A stretch of 39,024 nt of DNA, taken from the sequence record KX689784; one strand, 5' to 3'. The translations under genes and the position numbers were made by a program. The stretch is from Escherichia phage JSS1. The notes beneath the pieces were generated by a model that had not been told where the DNA came from, ran no database searches, and saw nothing but the letters and a program-made list of their open reading frames with translations. Of the stretch, positions 1 through 9,400 are shown one piece after another. How positions within the stretch are numbered: the first letter of the stretch is position 1; each line of letters begins with the position of its first letter.

Positions 1-430
1 ATTACAGATAGAGACTCAGAGAAGACCAATAGTCCCAACCTATCGTCCTGACCTCCAGCCATAGCCTAGACCTATCGTCAGGACTATGGGTCAACCTTGA
101 GTCAACGACCTGAAGTTTAGACCGAAGGTCTAGGGGCAGGGCCTTTGGTCTGGACTTAAAGAGGGCCTATGGGGAGACTTGAGGTTCTTGAACTGTGAGA
201 TGTGGTCTCAAACTTTTGGTCCAAAACTCATCGAAGACTGTAGGTGGCAGCTACTGTAGGTCAAGGACCGTAGGTCAGGCGACACTAGGATAGACCAATA
301 AGTAGGATGACCCTAAGTGAGCTTCTATTAAGGTGTTACCTAAAGTCCTTGACCTACAGTAGCTAAGGTCAGTAGAGTGAGTCTTTATCCACGTACTGAC
401 CTTAGGTCTTCCGCTCATGAATCGTTACCA
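1..430. repeat. Non-coding terminal region with dispersed short repeats (GACTGTAGGT / CCGTAGGTC / CCTATCGTC types); likely holds the genome terminus and terminal-repeat sequences
   Basis: No ORF with start and RBS. Motif copies at 236-245, 254-261 and 268-276 continue the array at the window end. Position matches the T7 right-end/left-end non-coding regions. Confidence 0.5.
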
Positions 431-438
431 TGATTGCG

Positions 439-597
439 TTAACTACACTGAGAGACCAGAGAACATACGAGAGTCTCGACCCACCCGACCCACTGACTTC
501 CAGCAGTAACGCCAGCAGCAAGTAGAACAGCAGCAAGAAACCTGTATGTAGCTCGATTGGTCGCCAGAGCTTTAAGTACAGCTTTGGTCTTTGCCAT
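439..597 (-). CDS. Small hydrophobic protein (52 aa) at the T7 gene 19.5 position
   Basis: ATG at 597 with AGGAGG about 9 nt upstream, TAA at 439-441. Hydrophobic core FLAAVLLAAGVTAG. Lies downstream of the phiOR-type promoter as gene 19.5 does in T7. Below the 60 aa cutoff of the ORF track. Confidence 0.35.
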   Translation of the reverse strand: MAKTKAVLKALATNRATYRFLAAVLLAAGVTAGSQWVGWVETLVCSLVSQCS

Positions 598-746
598 ATG
601 CTACATACCTCCTGTATCTATGGTCGGTGACTATCTGTATTGGAGGGATTATGATTAATATCACCCTCCTGACTATATGGAGACCTATAGTCCTTACCTA
701 TATGCTAACTTTTAGTCGGCATACTATAAGGTCCCCCCGGTCCCCC

Positions 747-769
747 CATCCCTATAGTGATAGTTAAGT
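747..769 (-). promoter_or_regulatory. Phage RNAP promoter (phiOR-like), consensus class
   Basis: Minus-strand CTTAACTATCACTATAGGGATGG; full match to the repeated promoter motif; +1 G at 752. Confidence 0.8.
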
Positions 770-782
770 TAACCTATTGAAT

Positions 783-1325
783 TTACTTGTGGTTTCTATG
801 GGTCCTATCACGCTTAGGGGACCGTCGGTTTACTGCGTATTCCTTGTGCTTCTCAGTGCGTAAAGCATCAAGCCACACCTCTAGTTCCTCTATGGAATCT
901 GAGGTCTTCGTGAAGCACTTACCTTTTAGGCGCAACTGAGCGCGATACTTTCCGGTAGGCTTGAAAAAGCTGATACCTTTGGGTAGACCATTAGTATCGC
1001 CACCTCCTGAGTTCCATCGGTTCTCTAATGCTGTTACTAACCTGTAGTTATCCGGCCTGTCATCAAGTCTATCACCATTGATATGGTCAACCATCATGCC
1101 AGAAGGTATTCGACCAACGACTAGGCTGTAGATGATTCTGGCACGTCTATACCGACTGCCAAGAACCTTCACGATTGCGTACCCAGACGGATGAACTGAA
1201 TGTCCCATTACCTCACCGGGCTTCTTGCGAGATCCTTTATAAGGTTTCCTACACACCAACTCACCATCTACATAAGCATAGTGATTAAAGAGGGCCACCC
1301 TGTCGATGGCCTTCTGTTTACTCAT
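783..1325 (-). CDS. HNH homing endonuclease with AP2-like DNA-binding domain (180 aa)
   Basis: ATG at 1325 preceded by GGAGGAGGAG. HNH motif MVDHINGDRLDDRPDNYRLVT followed by an AP2-like segment GISFFKPTGKYRAQLRLKGKCFTKTSDSIEELEVW. Inserted between gene 19 and the phiOR promoter; not in T7. Confidence 0.8.
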   Translation of the reverse strand: MSKQKAIDRVALFNHYAYVDGELVCRKPYKGSRKKPGEVMGHSVHPSGYAIVKVLGSRYRRARIIYSLVVGRIPSGMMVDHINGDRLDDRPDNYRLVTALENRWNSGGGDTNGLPKGISFFKPTGKYRAQLRLKGKCFTKTSDSIEELEVWLDALRTEKHKEYAVNRRSPKRDRTHRNHK

Positions 1326-1341
1326 GTTTCTCCTCCTCCTA

Positions 1342-3102
1342 TTAGTGGAACGTAACGTATGACCCTAGTCCAAGCTCGTCCATATCGTGAGTTACCCGGA
1401 CCCCATTGTCCCAGAACTCAGTGTGGATGGACTCGAAGCCTTTCCGTGGGTTCTCCATCTGTTCCTCCAGCCACTCCTCAGTGACTTCACGTTCGCCTTT
1501 GTTGGCATCCTTAGCCATAGACTCAACGAAGAACTGTACACCGATAGCCAGCGCATCAAGTCGGTCATCGTGTGCCAAGGCTCCACGTTCACGAGAGATA
1601 CGGGTCATCTGATAGAAGAGAGAGTAGATAGGGTTACGAACACCATCCTTATCAGAGGCTGACTGGTAGTCTTGGACGATAGCAGCAGCGTTAACGATAA
1701 GTCGGTGAGACCCCATGATAGGCTCCAGAACGTCACAGATGCGGAGTTCTTTCTGACCCTTACTCTTCACTTCAGTTACAGCCGCAGGATGGATACGGGC
1801 CGCTACAGGCTTGAATAGCTCAAGGTACATGCCATCACCGAAGTTACCCTCAATGACGTATTCGTTGACCTTCCACTTACGACCAATCTTAGCCAAGGCT
1901 TCCAGCGTAGAGTCTTCATAACCACCACGCATGCCACCAACTTCCATAGCGAAGATGTAGCCGTTTAGCTGGTACAGTACCGCATAGCCAGTTTCATCCT
2001 TACCACGACCACTAGGGTCAATGACCAGAATCTTCTGGGTGTACGAGCTGAAGGCAGAACCTACAGTCTGATACGTGTGGTATGAATCACCCATGAGTCC
2101 AACGTTAGGAACGTCCTCACGCTTGTTCTGAGGGTTTGGCAACCATTGGTAGACCATTGGGCTGGACGCTGGGTCCAAGTCGGCTACGATAAGGTCACGG
2201 AGCTTTAGAGGGTACTTCTCAGCATCACTCAGGTTCGGGTTAAGCATGAACTGTAGAGCGAAGCCAGCCTTGCCATATGACAGCTCACGTTCCTTCAGGT
2301 CCGTATCATCGAAGCGTACTTCGTCGGTCGGACGCCAGTAGAATGACTCAGGGTCCTCTTCCAGCTCTGCCTGAAGCATAGGAGCCAGACGGTCGCCGTA
2401 AGACTGCCAGTCATTCTTATCGCGTGGATAACGAGCGGGCCAGATAGTAGTGGTATACCCACGACCTTCCAGCTCACGATACAGGGTCATCTCGTTCTGA
2501 GGAGTACCCAGATAGATGATTGTACCTCCCGGCTTCAGGATAGCGTCGAACTCTTTCACAAGCTCTGACAGACGGTCTCGTGCGGCCTGAGTCGCTGAGT
2601 TGTTCGGAACCTCTACGTCATCGGCAATCAGGATGTCAGCACGACTACCAGTCAACTGACCAGTGATACCAACAGACTTAACCGAAGGTGAGTGGTCTGG
2701 CTTGGCTGGCCCAACGTCGAAGCTAATAACCGCATCTCGCTGTCCCTGCTTAGGTTTGAGTTCCTGAAGCTGAGGCATGAGGTCGATGATTCGCTTGATG
2801 AATATGGAGTTAGCATCGGCTCGTTCTTTTGAGGCAGACACAATCATGAACTTCAAGTCTGGGTTGTTCCATAGTTTCCAGACCACGAATGCACACGTAA
2901 TGAAGGACTTCCCGATACCACGGAACGCCTGTAGGATGAAACGCCTGTTGTCCCCAGCCGATAGTTTCTTCGCCATGTCAATCTGACAGCGAGTCGGGAC
3001 TGGGAGTGACAGAGCTTTCCATAATACGAACAGGAAGAACACGAAGTCTGCCTTCATACGTGCTGTCATTAGCGCCTGACGCGCCACTAAGTCTTTACTC
3101 AA
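1342..3102 (-). CDS. 19: Terminase large subunit (T7 gp19 homolog, 586 aa)
   Basis: Strong similarity to T7 gp19 ([48 protein letters not shown]), same length as T7. Start codon is TTG at 3102 with AAGGAGGTG 5 nt upstream; it overlaps the gp18.5 TGA. Confidence 0.93.
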   Translation of the reverse strand: MSKDLVARQALMTARMKADFVFFLFVLWKALSLPVPTRCQIDMAKKLSAGDNRRFILQAFRGIGKSFITCAFVVWKLWNNPDLKFMIVSASKERADANSIFIKRIIDLMPQLQELKPKQGQRDAVISFDVGPAKPDHSPSVKSVGITGQLTGSRADILIADDVEVPNNSATQAARDRLSELVKEFDAILKPGGTIIYLGTPQNEMTLYRELEGRGYTTTIWPARYPRDKNDWQSYGDRLAPMLQAELEEDPESFYWRPTDEVRFDDTDLKERELSYGKAGFALQFMLNPNLSDAEKYPLKLRDLIVADLDPASSPMVYQWLPNPQNKREDVPNVGLMGDSYHTYQTVGSAFSSYTQKILVIDPSGRGKDETGYAVLYQLNGYIFAMEVGGMRGGYEDSTLEALAKIGRKWKVNEYVIEGNFGDGMYLELFKPVAARIHPAAVTEVKSKGQKELRICDVLEPIMGSHRLIVNAAAIVQDYQSASDKDGVRNPIYSLFYQMTRISRERGALAHDDRLDALAIGVQFFVESMAKDANKGEREVTEEWLEEQMENPRKGFESIHTEFWDNGVRVTHDMDELGLGSYVTFH

Positions 3103-3548
3103 TGCGTCACCTCCTTATCTTGCTGCAAGGCTCTCACAGTGTCCTGAAGGGCCTTAATCCACTTGTCTCCTTTCACTCCGATGGCGATAAGACGTTTAGC
3201 ATCTCGTTCGTCAAGTTCGGCGTAACCATCAACGATGCATCGACCGTCACTTTGCGTGGCTCCACTCGTAGGTTTGACTCGGATGCGCAGCCGCTTATTG
3301 TCAGACTGAAGGTCAGCAATAATCCTATCAGTGCTGCCTTCCAGCGAGGACATTTCGTCCTGAAACCGTTTGGACACTTTGTTGACTTCAGCTTGGACAG
3401 CAAGCCTTGTATCTTCCGATGCCTTAAGATTCGAGGTGTATTCTGCATTGACCTTAGCCTCCCACTTATTGTTAGCGGTGTGGTAGCCACCAGCAAACAT
3501 CACTGCTGCAAGTAACCACGGAGCCGCTCTCTTTAAAAATTCGAGCAT
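3099..3548 (-). CDS. 18.5: Rz-like i-spanin (T7 gp18.5 homolog, 149 aa)
   Basis: N-terminus [18 protein letters not shown] and [24 protein letters not shown] resemble T7 gp18.5. N-terminal TM segment. GGGAGGG RBS. Confidence 0.85.
   Translation of the reverse strand: MLEFLKRAAPWLLAAVMFAGGYHTANNKWEAKVNAEYTSNLKASEDTRLAVQAEVNKVSKRFQDEMSSLEGSTDRIIADLQSDNKRLRIRVKPTSGATQSDGRCIVDGYAELDERDAKRLIAIGVKGDKWIKALQDTVRALQQDKEVTH
3173..3448 (-). CDS. Candidate Rz1-like o-spanin lipoprotein embedded in the +1 frame of gene 18.5
   Basis: Alternate-frame ORF inside 18.5 with a hydrophobic stretch ending in lipobox-like LTISGC and a proline-containing mature part. First ATG at 3448 (GGGAGG upstream) gives an unusually long N-region, so the true start is uncertain. 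Confidence 0.35.
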   Translation of the reverse strand: MQNTPRILRHRKIQGLLSKLKSTKCPNGFRTKCPRWKAALIGLLLTFSLTISGCASESNLRVEPRKVTVDASLMVTPNLTNEMLNVLSPSE

Positions 3549-3604
3549 AGTTGCCCTCCCGGTTTATCAGATTTTACGTAGAGTCGCCTCCACTAGTTAG
3601 TGTT

Positions 3605-3647
3605 AACCATAAAGGCCACTACATATAGTAATGACCTTGAGTCTAAC
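3605..3647 (-). promoter_or_regulatory. Conserved RNA hairpin, candidate RNase III processing site (T7 R18.5 position)
   Basis: Minus-strand RNA UAGACUCAAGGUCAUUAC-UAUAU-GUAGUGGCCUUUAUGGUU: 11 bp stem with two G-U pairs. Shares flanks with the elements at 25891 and 33823. Confidence 0.5.
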
Positions 3648-3649
3648 AC

Positions 3650-3913
3650 TTATTGAACGCCATACCCGGTGTCATTATCCTCAGTCGCTGAAAGCACCTT
3701 ATCGTACTCTGCGTTCAGGGCCTCCATATCAGCCAGCGTCTTCTCGTCCACAGACACCTTACTTAACACGAAGTTGTGACGAGCAAGCAGCTTCTCAATG
3801 GCGTTGTAGAGCTGAGGTGAACGCTTAGTGTCATCCCGCAAGTCTTGCAGCATGAGTCGAGCACGTTCAGTATCAAGCATCAAGAGGAACTTCTCTAAGT
3901 CCATCTGCGTCAT
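3650..3913 (-). CDS. 18: Terminase small subunit / DNA maturation protein A (T7 gp18 position, 87 aa)
   Basis: ATG at 3913 with AAGGAGGTGG RBS, ATGA overlap with the holin stop. Size and position match T7 gene 18. Confidence 0.7.
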   Translation of the reverse strand: MTQMDLEKFLLMLDTERARLMLQDLRDDTKRSPQLYNAIEKLLARHNFVLSKVSVDEKTLADMEALNAEYDKVLSATEDNDTGYGVQ

Positions 3914-4104
3914 GTTTTACCACCTCCTTTAATCGTTTTGTAGACTAGCACACCAATCTGGACAACGGTGTACGCGATAGCTGCAACGTAGAACCATTCG
4001 TTCAGTGTAAGTCCGAAGAAGAACCGACTGGCACCATCAGCCGCAGCGGTCCCGACTATAGGAGAGGCTTTAAGGACCTCATTCTTGAAGTCTAACTCAA
4101 TCAT
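3910..4104 (-). CDS. 17.5: Class II holin (T7 gp17.5 homolog, 64 aa)
   Basis: FFFGLTLNEWFYVAAIAYTVVQIG is near-identical to the T7 gp17.5 core. GGAGG RBS. Confidence 0.88.
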   Translation of the reverse strand: MIELDFKNEVLKASPIVGTAAADGASRFFFGLTLNEWFYVAAIAYTVVQIGVLVYKTIKGGGKT

Positions 4105-4175
4105 AAAACCTCCAGTTTAAAGCGGGTCGTCCGTGACCCAAAGTTGTTACATACGCTAGTCAGCGTGTAGTTAGT

Positions 4176-6362
4176 CTATATCTCCTCTCCCCTCCACGAG
4201 CAATCGATAATCCCTCCGCGCACCATCTTCCACCGCATGTTGTACGACGCCGAAGGAACAAGCTTTATACCAACACCCAAATTGGGAGCTGTTTCAACAG
4301 ACTTAATCCACGCGTTATTTGAATTATTGTACGTGAATGTTAATTGCTCTGTATTAGTGTAGAAGTCATCAGTACATGTTGTTATTGCTGCTGAAGTATT
4401 CGCAGAATCTGCCCCATTAAAATAATACAGCTCAAAGGCTATGTAGCCGTGGTTCTTCATCCTCGTAGCAAACACACCGCCAGTGTTTCTTGCCGCAATA
4501 CCACCCTGTTTAAATGTAGTGTTACGCTCACCTTGTACGCTCCCGGTATTGATAGTCTGGAATGGTGTGACATCGGCAGAACTGTACTTGTCATTGTACA
4601 ACTGCATAGCTCCACCCATTCTATCCGGGTAAAATGCATACACATCTATGTCATAAGGTTTTTGTCTAGGTGCAGAATTTAATTCTTTCCCTAAAGCATA
4701 CAAATCAGTATCGGTGGTCAATGTGTTGTGTGTGTTTACGATGAGTTGTGTCTCCCACGAGAACGCCGCATACTCACCGTCACCCATGTTAAAAAACTTC
4801 TTAGCGAAAGCTATCTGTTTTGCTTTGTTTTTGAAGTTGTCAGAACCACCATTTGCGTCAGTTGTAAACAATCCAACACAAGGTACAATTCTTGATGTGG
4901 GACATTTATACTTCAGTTCCCCCCACCCAATAACAGCCTGTCGCTTATTCCGGGCATCATCCCAGTCATCATGGTAATACGCGTCTGCAAATATAATATC
5001 ATATCCAGTACCACCATAACCGTTCGGGTGTGTATTTGAGTCAAACCCAAAAATACCATTTTCAGCTATGCATAATGATTTTTCTGTGAATGATTTAAAT
5101 GCCGAGATGCGCGTTTCTTGCACTGCTCTGCTTACTGAATTATTTTGCGGTTCATCAAACAAGTAATAGCCGATAACGCAATCTCTGCTGTCAAGGTCTG
5201 TAGCCGGAGTGTTTGTCTGCCCGTATACTGGCCCACCAAGTATAAGTTTAAGCCCAACAGCTTCTGCGGCGTTACAGGCCTTTTCCATATTCCCACCGTT
5301 TGTCCACGCTTGACCGTAGTGAATTAGCGTATTAAACCCGGCGGTTTTTAGTTGTAACATGTCACAAATATCAAACACGCGATGAACGTATACAGCCTTC
5401 ATCAGTGAATGGTCTACAGGTATTTCACTATCAAGTTCACATGGAACGTTTGGTAGCCTTGTGTATGTGATGGTGGCCTTTCCTGTCAATCTGGCTCCTT
5501 CAGGCCAATCAAAACTCGATAATGTCGTGGCGCCAGTTACGTGTGCGTACCCGTGGTCCGATACGGCTGATAGCACCGCGTCTTTACCATCAGCACCACT
5601 ACCATAAACATACCCGTAATTAGAGATGTCTGCGCGGTCTAAATTTAATCGTTGTTGAACAGTTAATCCGTTATTAGTCCCAACTAAATTGGAACCATTA
5701 TTTGTTTTAAGTGCGCTTCTTAATGACGCGTCCCCAACACTAACCCACGCGCCCAGCCCAATACCACCGGAAGTTTCAGGAGTTGAACCAGCAGGAACGT
5801 TCTTTGGAAGCGTACCATCCCAGCGGTAATAATCACCATCCTCTTCCCATAGCAGGACCTCGTTCCATGTTGTAACGTTGAAGCCTTTCTCGAAGGAGCG
5901 ACGGGTAATATGGCCAATTAGACCAGATGCCTTGATATTCTCAGCGATTCGTCGTGCTTCGTCCTCGCTATCCTTAGCGCTGCCAGCAGAGCTACTAGCA
6001 GCATCGGCATATTCCTTAGCTAAGTCAACCGTTTGGTCTCGACCTTCTTCTGCAATATGGATAGCCTGAAGCTCTGCATTGGTCAGGTCACTAGCTGTCA
6101 ACACTGAGCCATTCCTGAAGTCTACCACTAAGTCAGTTCCAGTCTGACGGTGAATACGAACGATGTCGAAACCTGATTGGTCAATCAACATCTCAATCAT
6201 CGTTGGATTAAGGAATCGGTAATCTCGACCAACTTCCAGTACACGGTTCATGGCAGGGTTAGAGCTATTCACCAGCGTAACAACAACGAACGTTCTGGCT
6301 AGGTAGTCGAACTCAATCCTGTACTGAGTGTTTCCTGAAGGGAATTGTGTAATAGTGGACAT
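4176..6362 (-). CDS. 17: Tail fiber protein (728 aa): T7 gp17-like N-terminal attachment domain plus a long divergent C-terminal receptor-binding, possibly enzymatic, domain
   Basis: N-terminus FDYLARTFVVVTL...LVVDFRNGSVLTASDL...AIHIAEEGRD matches the T7 gp17 N-terminal domain. The remaining ~570 aa are unlike T7 and include a GYYLFDEP motif reminiscent of TIM-barrel glycoside hydrolases. AGGAGG RBS. Confidence 0.85.
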   Translation of the reverse strand: MSTITQFPSGNTQYRIEFDYLARTFVVVTLVNSSNPAMNRVLEVGRDYRFLNPTMIEMLIDQSGFDIVRIHRQTGTDLVVDFRNGSVLTASDLTNAELQAIHIAEEGRDQTVDLAKEYADAASSSAGSAKDSEDEARRIAENIKASGLIGHITRRSFEKGFNVTTWNEVLLWEEDGDYYRWDGTLPKNVPAGSTPETSGGIGLGAWVSVGDASLRSALKTNNGSNLVGTNNGLTVQQRLNLDRADISNYGYVYGSGADGKDAVLSAVSDHGYAHVTGATTLSSFDWPEGARLTGKATITYTRLPNVPCELDSEIPVDHSLMKAVYVHRVFDICDMLQLKTAGFNTLIHYGQAWTNGGNMEKACNAAEAVGLKLILGGPVYGQTNTPATDLDSRDCVIGYYLFDEPQNNSVSRAVQETRISAFKSFTEKSLCIAENGIFGFDSNTHPNGYGGTGYDIIFADAYYHDDWDDARNKRQAVIGWGELKYKCPTSRIVPCVGLFTTDANGGSDNFKNKAKQIAFAKKFFNMGDGEYAAFSWETQLIVNTHNTLTTDTDLYALGKELNSAPRQKPYDIDVYAFYPDRMGGAMQLYNDKYSSADVTPFQTINTGSVQGERNTTFKQGGIAARNTGGVFATRMKNHGYIAFELYYFNGADSANTSAAITTCTDDFYTNTEQLTFTYNNSNNAWIKSVETAPNLGVGIKLVPSASYNMRWKMVRGGIIDCSWRGEEI

Positions 6363-6409
6363 TATGCCTCCTGTTATGAATTAAAGGGAGACCTATGGTA
6401 GCGACTCCC

Positions 6410-6432
6410 GTTTCCTATAGTGATAGTTTAGT
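6410..6432 (-). promoter_or_regulatory. Phage RNAP promoter (phi17-like), consensus class
   Basis: Minus-strand GGACTAAACTATCACTATAGGAAACGG, overlapping the gene 16 stop. Confidence 0.8.
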
Positions 6433-9400
6433 CCTTGATGTGGATGCCTTGCTCCTCAAACGTTCCAAGCAGCAACTTCTGGGTAATTGGGTCGTTCGGA
6501 ACCAGTTCACGGAACGTATTATACATCCCGGTCATGTAGTCACGCTCGTTGACACGAGTATCAGCCTTTAGGTAGCCAGCCAAGTTGTAAGCCGAAGCGC
6601 CAACGTTAGCAGCATATCCGAAAGCTGGAACCTGCTCCAAGAAGTTACCAACAATATTCATCACAGGGTCACTTGTAGACGCACCATATGTGAAAGCACG
6701 TTCAGGCTTCTCTGTAGGTGAACGAGGGAGGATAGACGAACGGAGCATCTTAGTGTCCTCATACCCAGCGATACCACCAAGAATGTTGGCGACTCCAAGT
6801 GGTCCACCCAGATGTGAACTACGGGACAGAGCCGCATAGCCAATCATCGTCGGGTCCAGAGCTTGCTTGAGGTATTCACGGTCTCGACCATCCTGCATAG
6901 CGTAAGCCTTGACGTGAGCTTGAGCCATGTAGTAGATACCAGACAGACCCATAGACATCACAGTAGACAGTGCAGCGTCCATCGCTCGGTTGTTCTTCGT
7001 GGCGTTATAGAAGGTTCGCATGGTTCGACCATTGATGGACTTGATGACGAAGTTCTTAAACTGAAGGACAGTCTTAGCGATAGGGCCATAAGCCTTGGCA
7101 TCCATGTTAGACAGCTTATAAGGTCGTAGTAACGTTTCATCAGCGATGGTGTCACCCATACGCCACAGGTCCATAGCCCTTGGATCCTGACTGAACGCCT
7201 TCTTATCCTTGATGGTGTACTTCCCGTCTGGACCACGAGTCACTGACTCACGGATTAGGGACTTAATGCCCTTCCACTGCTCGTCAGAGATACCAGCGGT
7301 CTTCAGCCAGCGGTCATCGAACCGACGCTTACTGCCAGTCAGACTATGCTCCACGATGTCAGACAGGAATCCCTGACGTCCAGCATCTAACAGGTAGTTG
7401 GTCGTACCGTTGAGGACTTTAGTGAACGGAGAGCGTACTGCAAGTTCACCAGTGTAATACTTGGCAGTCCCCAGAGCTGTAGCCGTACCACGACCGAGGT
7501 CACTGTAAGACCGCAGACGGTCGATGACATCCTGTTTAGACGGACGGATTGAGTCATCAAGTTCCTTACCGAAGAGAACATTGTGAAGGTCCTTAATCTC
7601 TGAGGCTCCTACCTTCTTGTTACGGAAGGCTAGGTCACGGAACATCGGGACTCCATGAAGCAGCGCACGAACGTTACCACGAGCCAGCATACCACCAATC
7701 TCCGTTAAGTTCTGAACACCCATGTAGGCATTCTTAGCGAAGAACGATAGGTCTGTCATTGTGCGCATCACGGTAGCGAAGGCTGCATCATCAGCACCAT
7801 CACGTCGAGCACGACCAGTGAGAATCTTCAAGGTGTCACGTAAGGTAGATACTTCACCTTTCAACTTACCGTCATCCCCAGCCTTGTTCATCATGGTCTC
7901 AACCAAGTCCTTCATGTCCTTCGTGGTTTTGCCTGTACCAGCCATGATAGCAATATCGCCATTAACTCGACGGTTGTAGGCCGGGACAATCTTGTCCATG
8001 TCCCACTCACGAAGGTTGTTGACACTGAAGGTCTGACCGTTAGGCAGGACGATTGACATATCACTATCGAACAGGTTACGAGCCTCAAGGAAGCTGTTGT
8101 TCTCCAGACCAACCAGACCGTTGATATTCTCTTCCATTACGGATGAGCGTTCGAACTTCTCGGTGTGAGAGATACCGTAAGCCTTATCGTTGGCGTACTT
8201 ATCGACAGCAGCCGCAAGTCCTTCTGGAGTCAACGTAGGGTCAGACTCTAAGAGTGCCTCGTCCACACGTTTCTTGACTTCAGGTCGAGACGCATAGCTG
8301 GTCAACCATGATTTCTTGATGGCCTCCTGTAGTGCCTCTGGACTTCCAAGCTCCTTGATGTACAGCTCCTTCATCTGGTTACTATACACATGCGGGACGT
8401 AGGTTCCCTTGAAGCGGCTACCAGGAAAGATAGACTGAGCGTCTGGACGACCAAACATCGCTGGGTTCTCCATCATCTCACGCTTGGCGTCGAACTGGTT
8501 CTTCAGCAGGTCATAGACTTTCAGTTCTCCCGGAGTCAGTTCAGCCTTCAGGTTTCCGCTACCATCTTCGATAGCCATAGACACACGCTGGTAGACGTCC
8601 TGACGGAATGCGCCAGAGTCTCGCCAGAATGCTGTCTGGAAGTACGGGTCCTTTAGTGCCTCAGTAACCGCATCGTCGATGTCGTTGTAGAACCGATGGT
8701 CCACAGCACGAAGTCTCTCGAATACGTCTGACGCAGTGGTCCCGATTTTACCTGAGGCACCGGACTGCATACCAGTCGGTGAACGCACTAAGTCCGCAGC
8801 GACTCCACGAATCTCAGGGTTCTCAGACCGAAGCAGCTTCAGGCCAATCTCAGTTAGCCCACCAAGGTTCACACCCGCAGCGGCACGTTCAGGCTCAATC
8901 ACTTCGTCAAAGACTTGACGTGTCTTAGGGTTCAGAAGGTTCTCACCAATCAGGATTGAACCATCTTCCAGTCGTACACTACCCGGCTCGTTCGGAACGT
9001 CAGCGAACTTAACGCCTTGATGACTAAAGGTCTGCTCACCTTCCTGAATAGGGAGACGAGACAGGTCCTGACCATCAACGTTACGAGCGGTCTCACGAGC
9101 TTCCAGACGTGTAGCTGGACCAGCAAACTCATTAGTGTTGCGACCTAAGGCTCTGCCTAAACCATCAGCGATAGCAGTCATACCGCCACCGAAGAGAGCA
9201 CCGCCAAGGATAGCCTCAGCCACATGAGCATCACCACCAGCCACTGAGGTACGGGCCATCTCCGACACACCAGCCAGTGCTCCAGATTGAGCAGCCACGG
9301 TGAACATCTTGTTGACCAGCTTACCGCCTTTACCAACCTGTCCAGCGATAGGAACGTAGGTCAGCGGGTCTACACCAGCACCAATCACACCAGCAGCTAA

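Noticed and set aside
3006-3515. 169 aa plus-strand ORF
   Set aside because: Antisense to the gp18.5 spanin and the terminase start; all transcription signals in the genome are on the minus strand.
4105-4175. Weak hairpin between the tail fiber and holin genes as a possible terminator
   Set aside because: Only a 5 bp GGGUC/GACCC stem with no U-tract; T7 has no terminator at this position.
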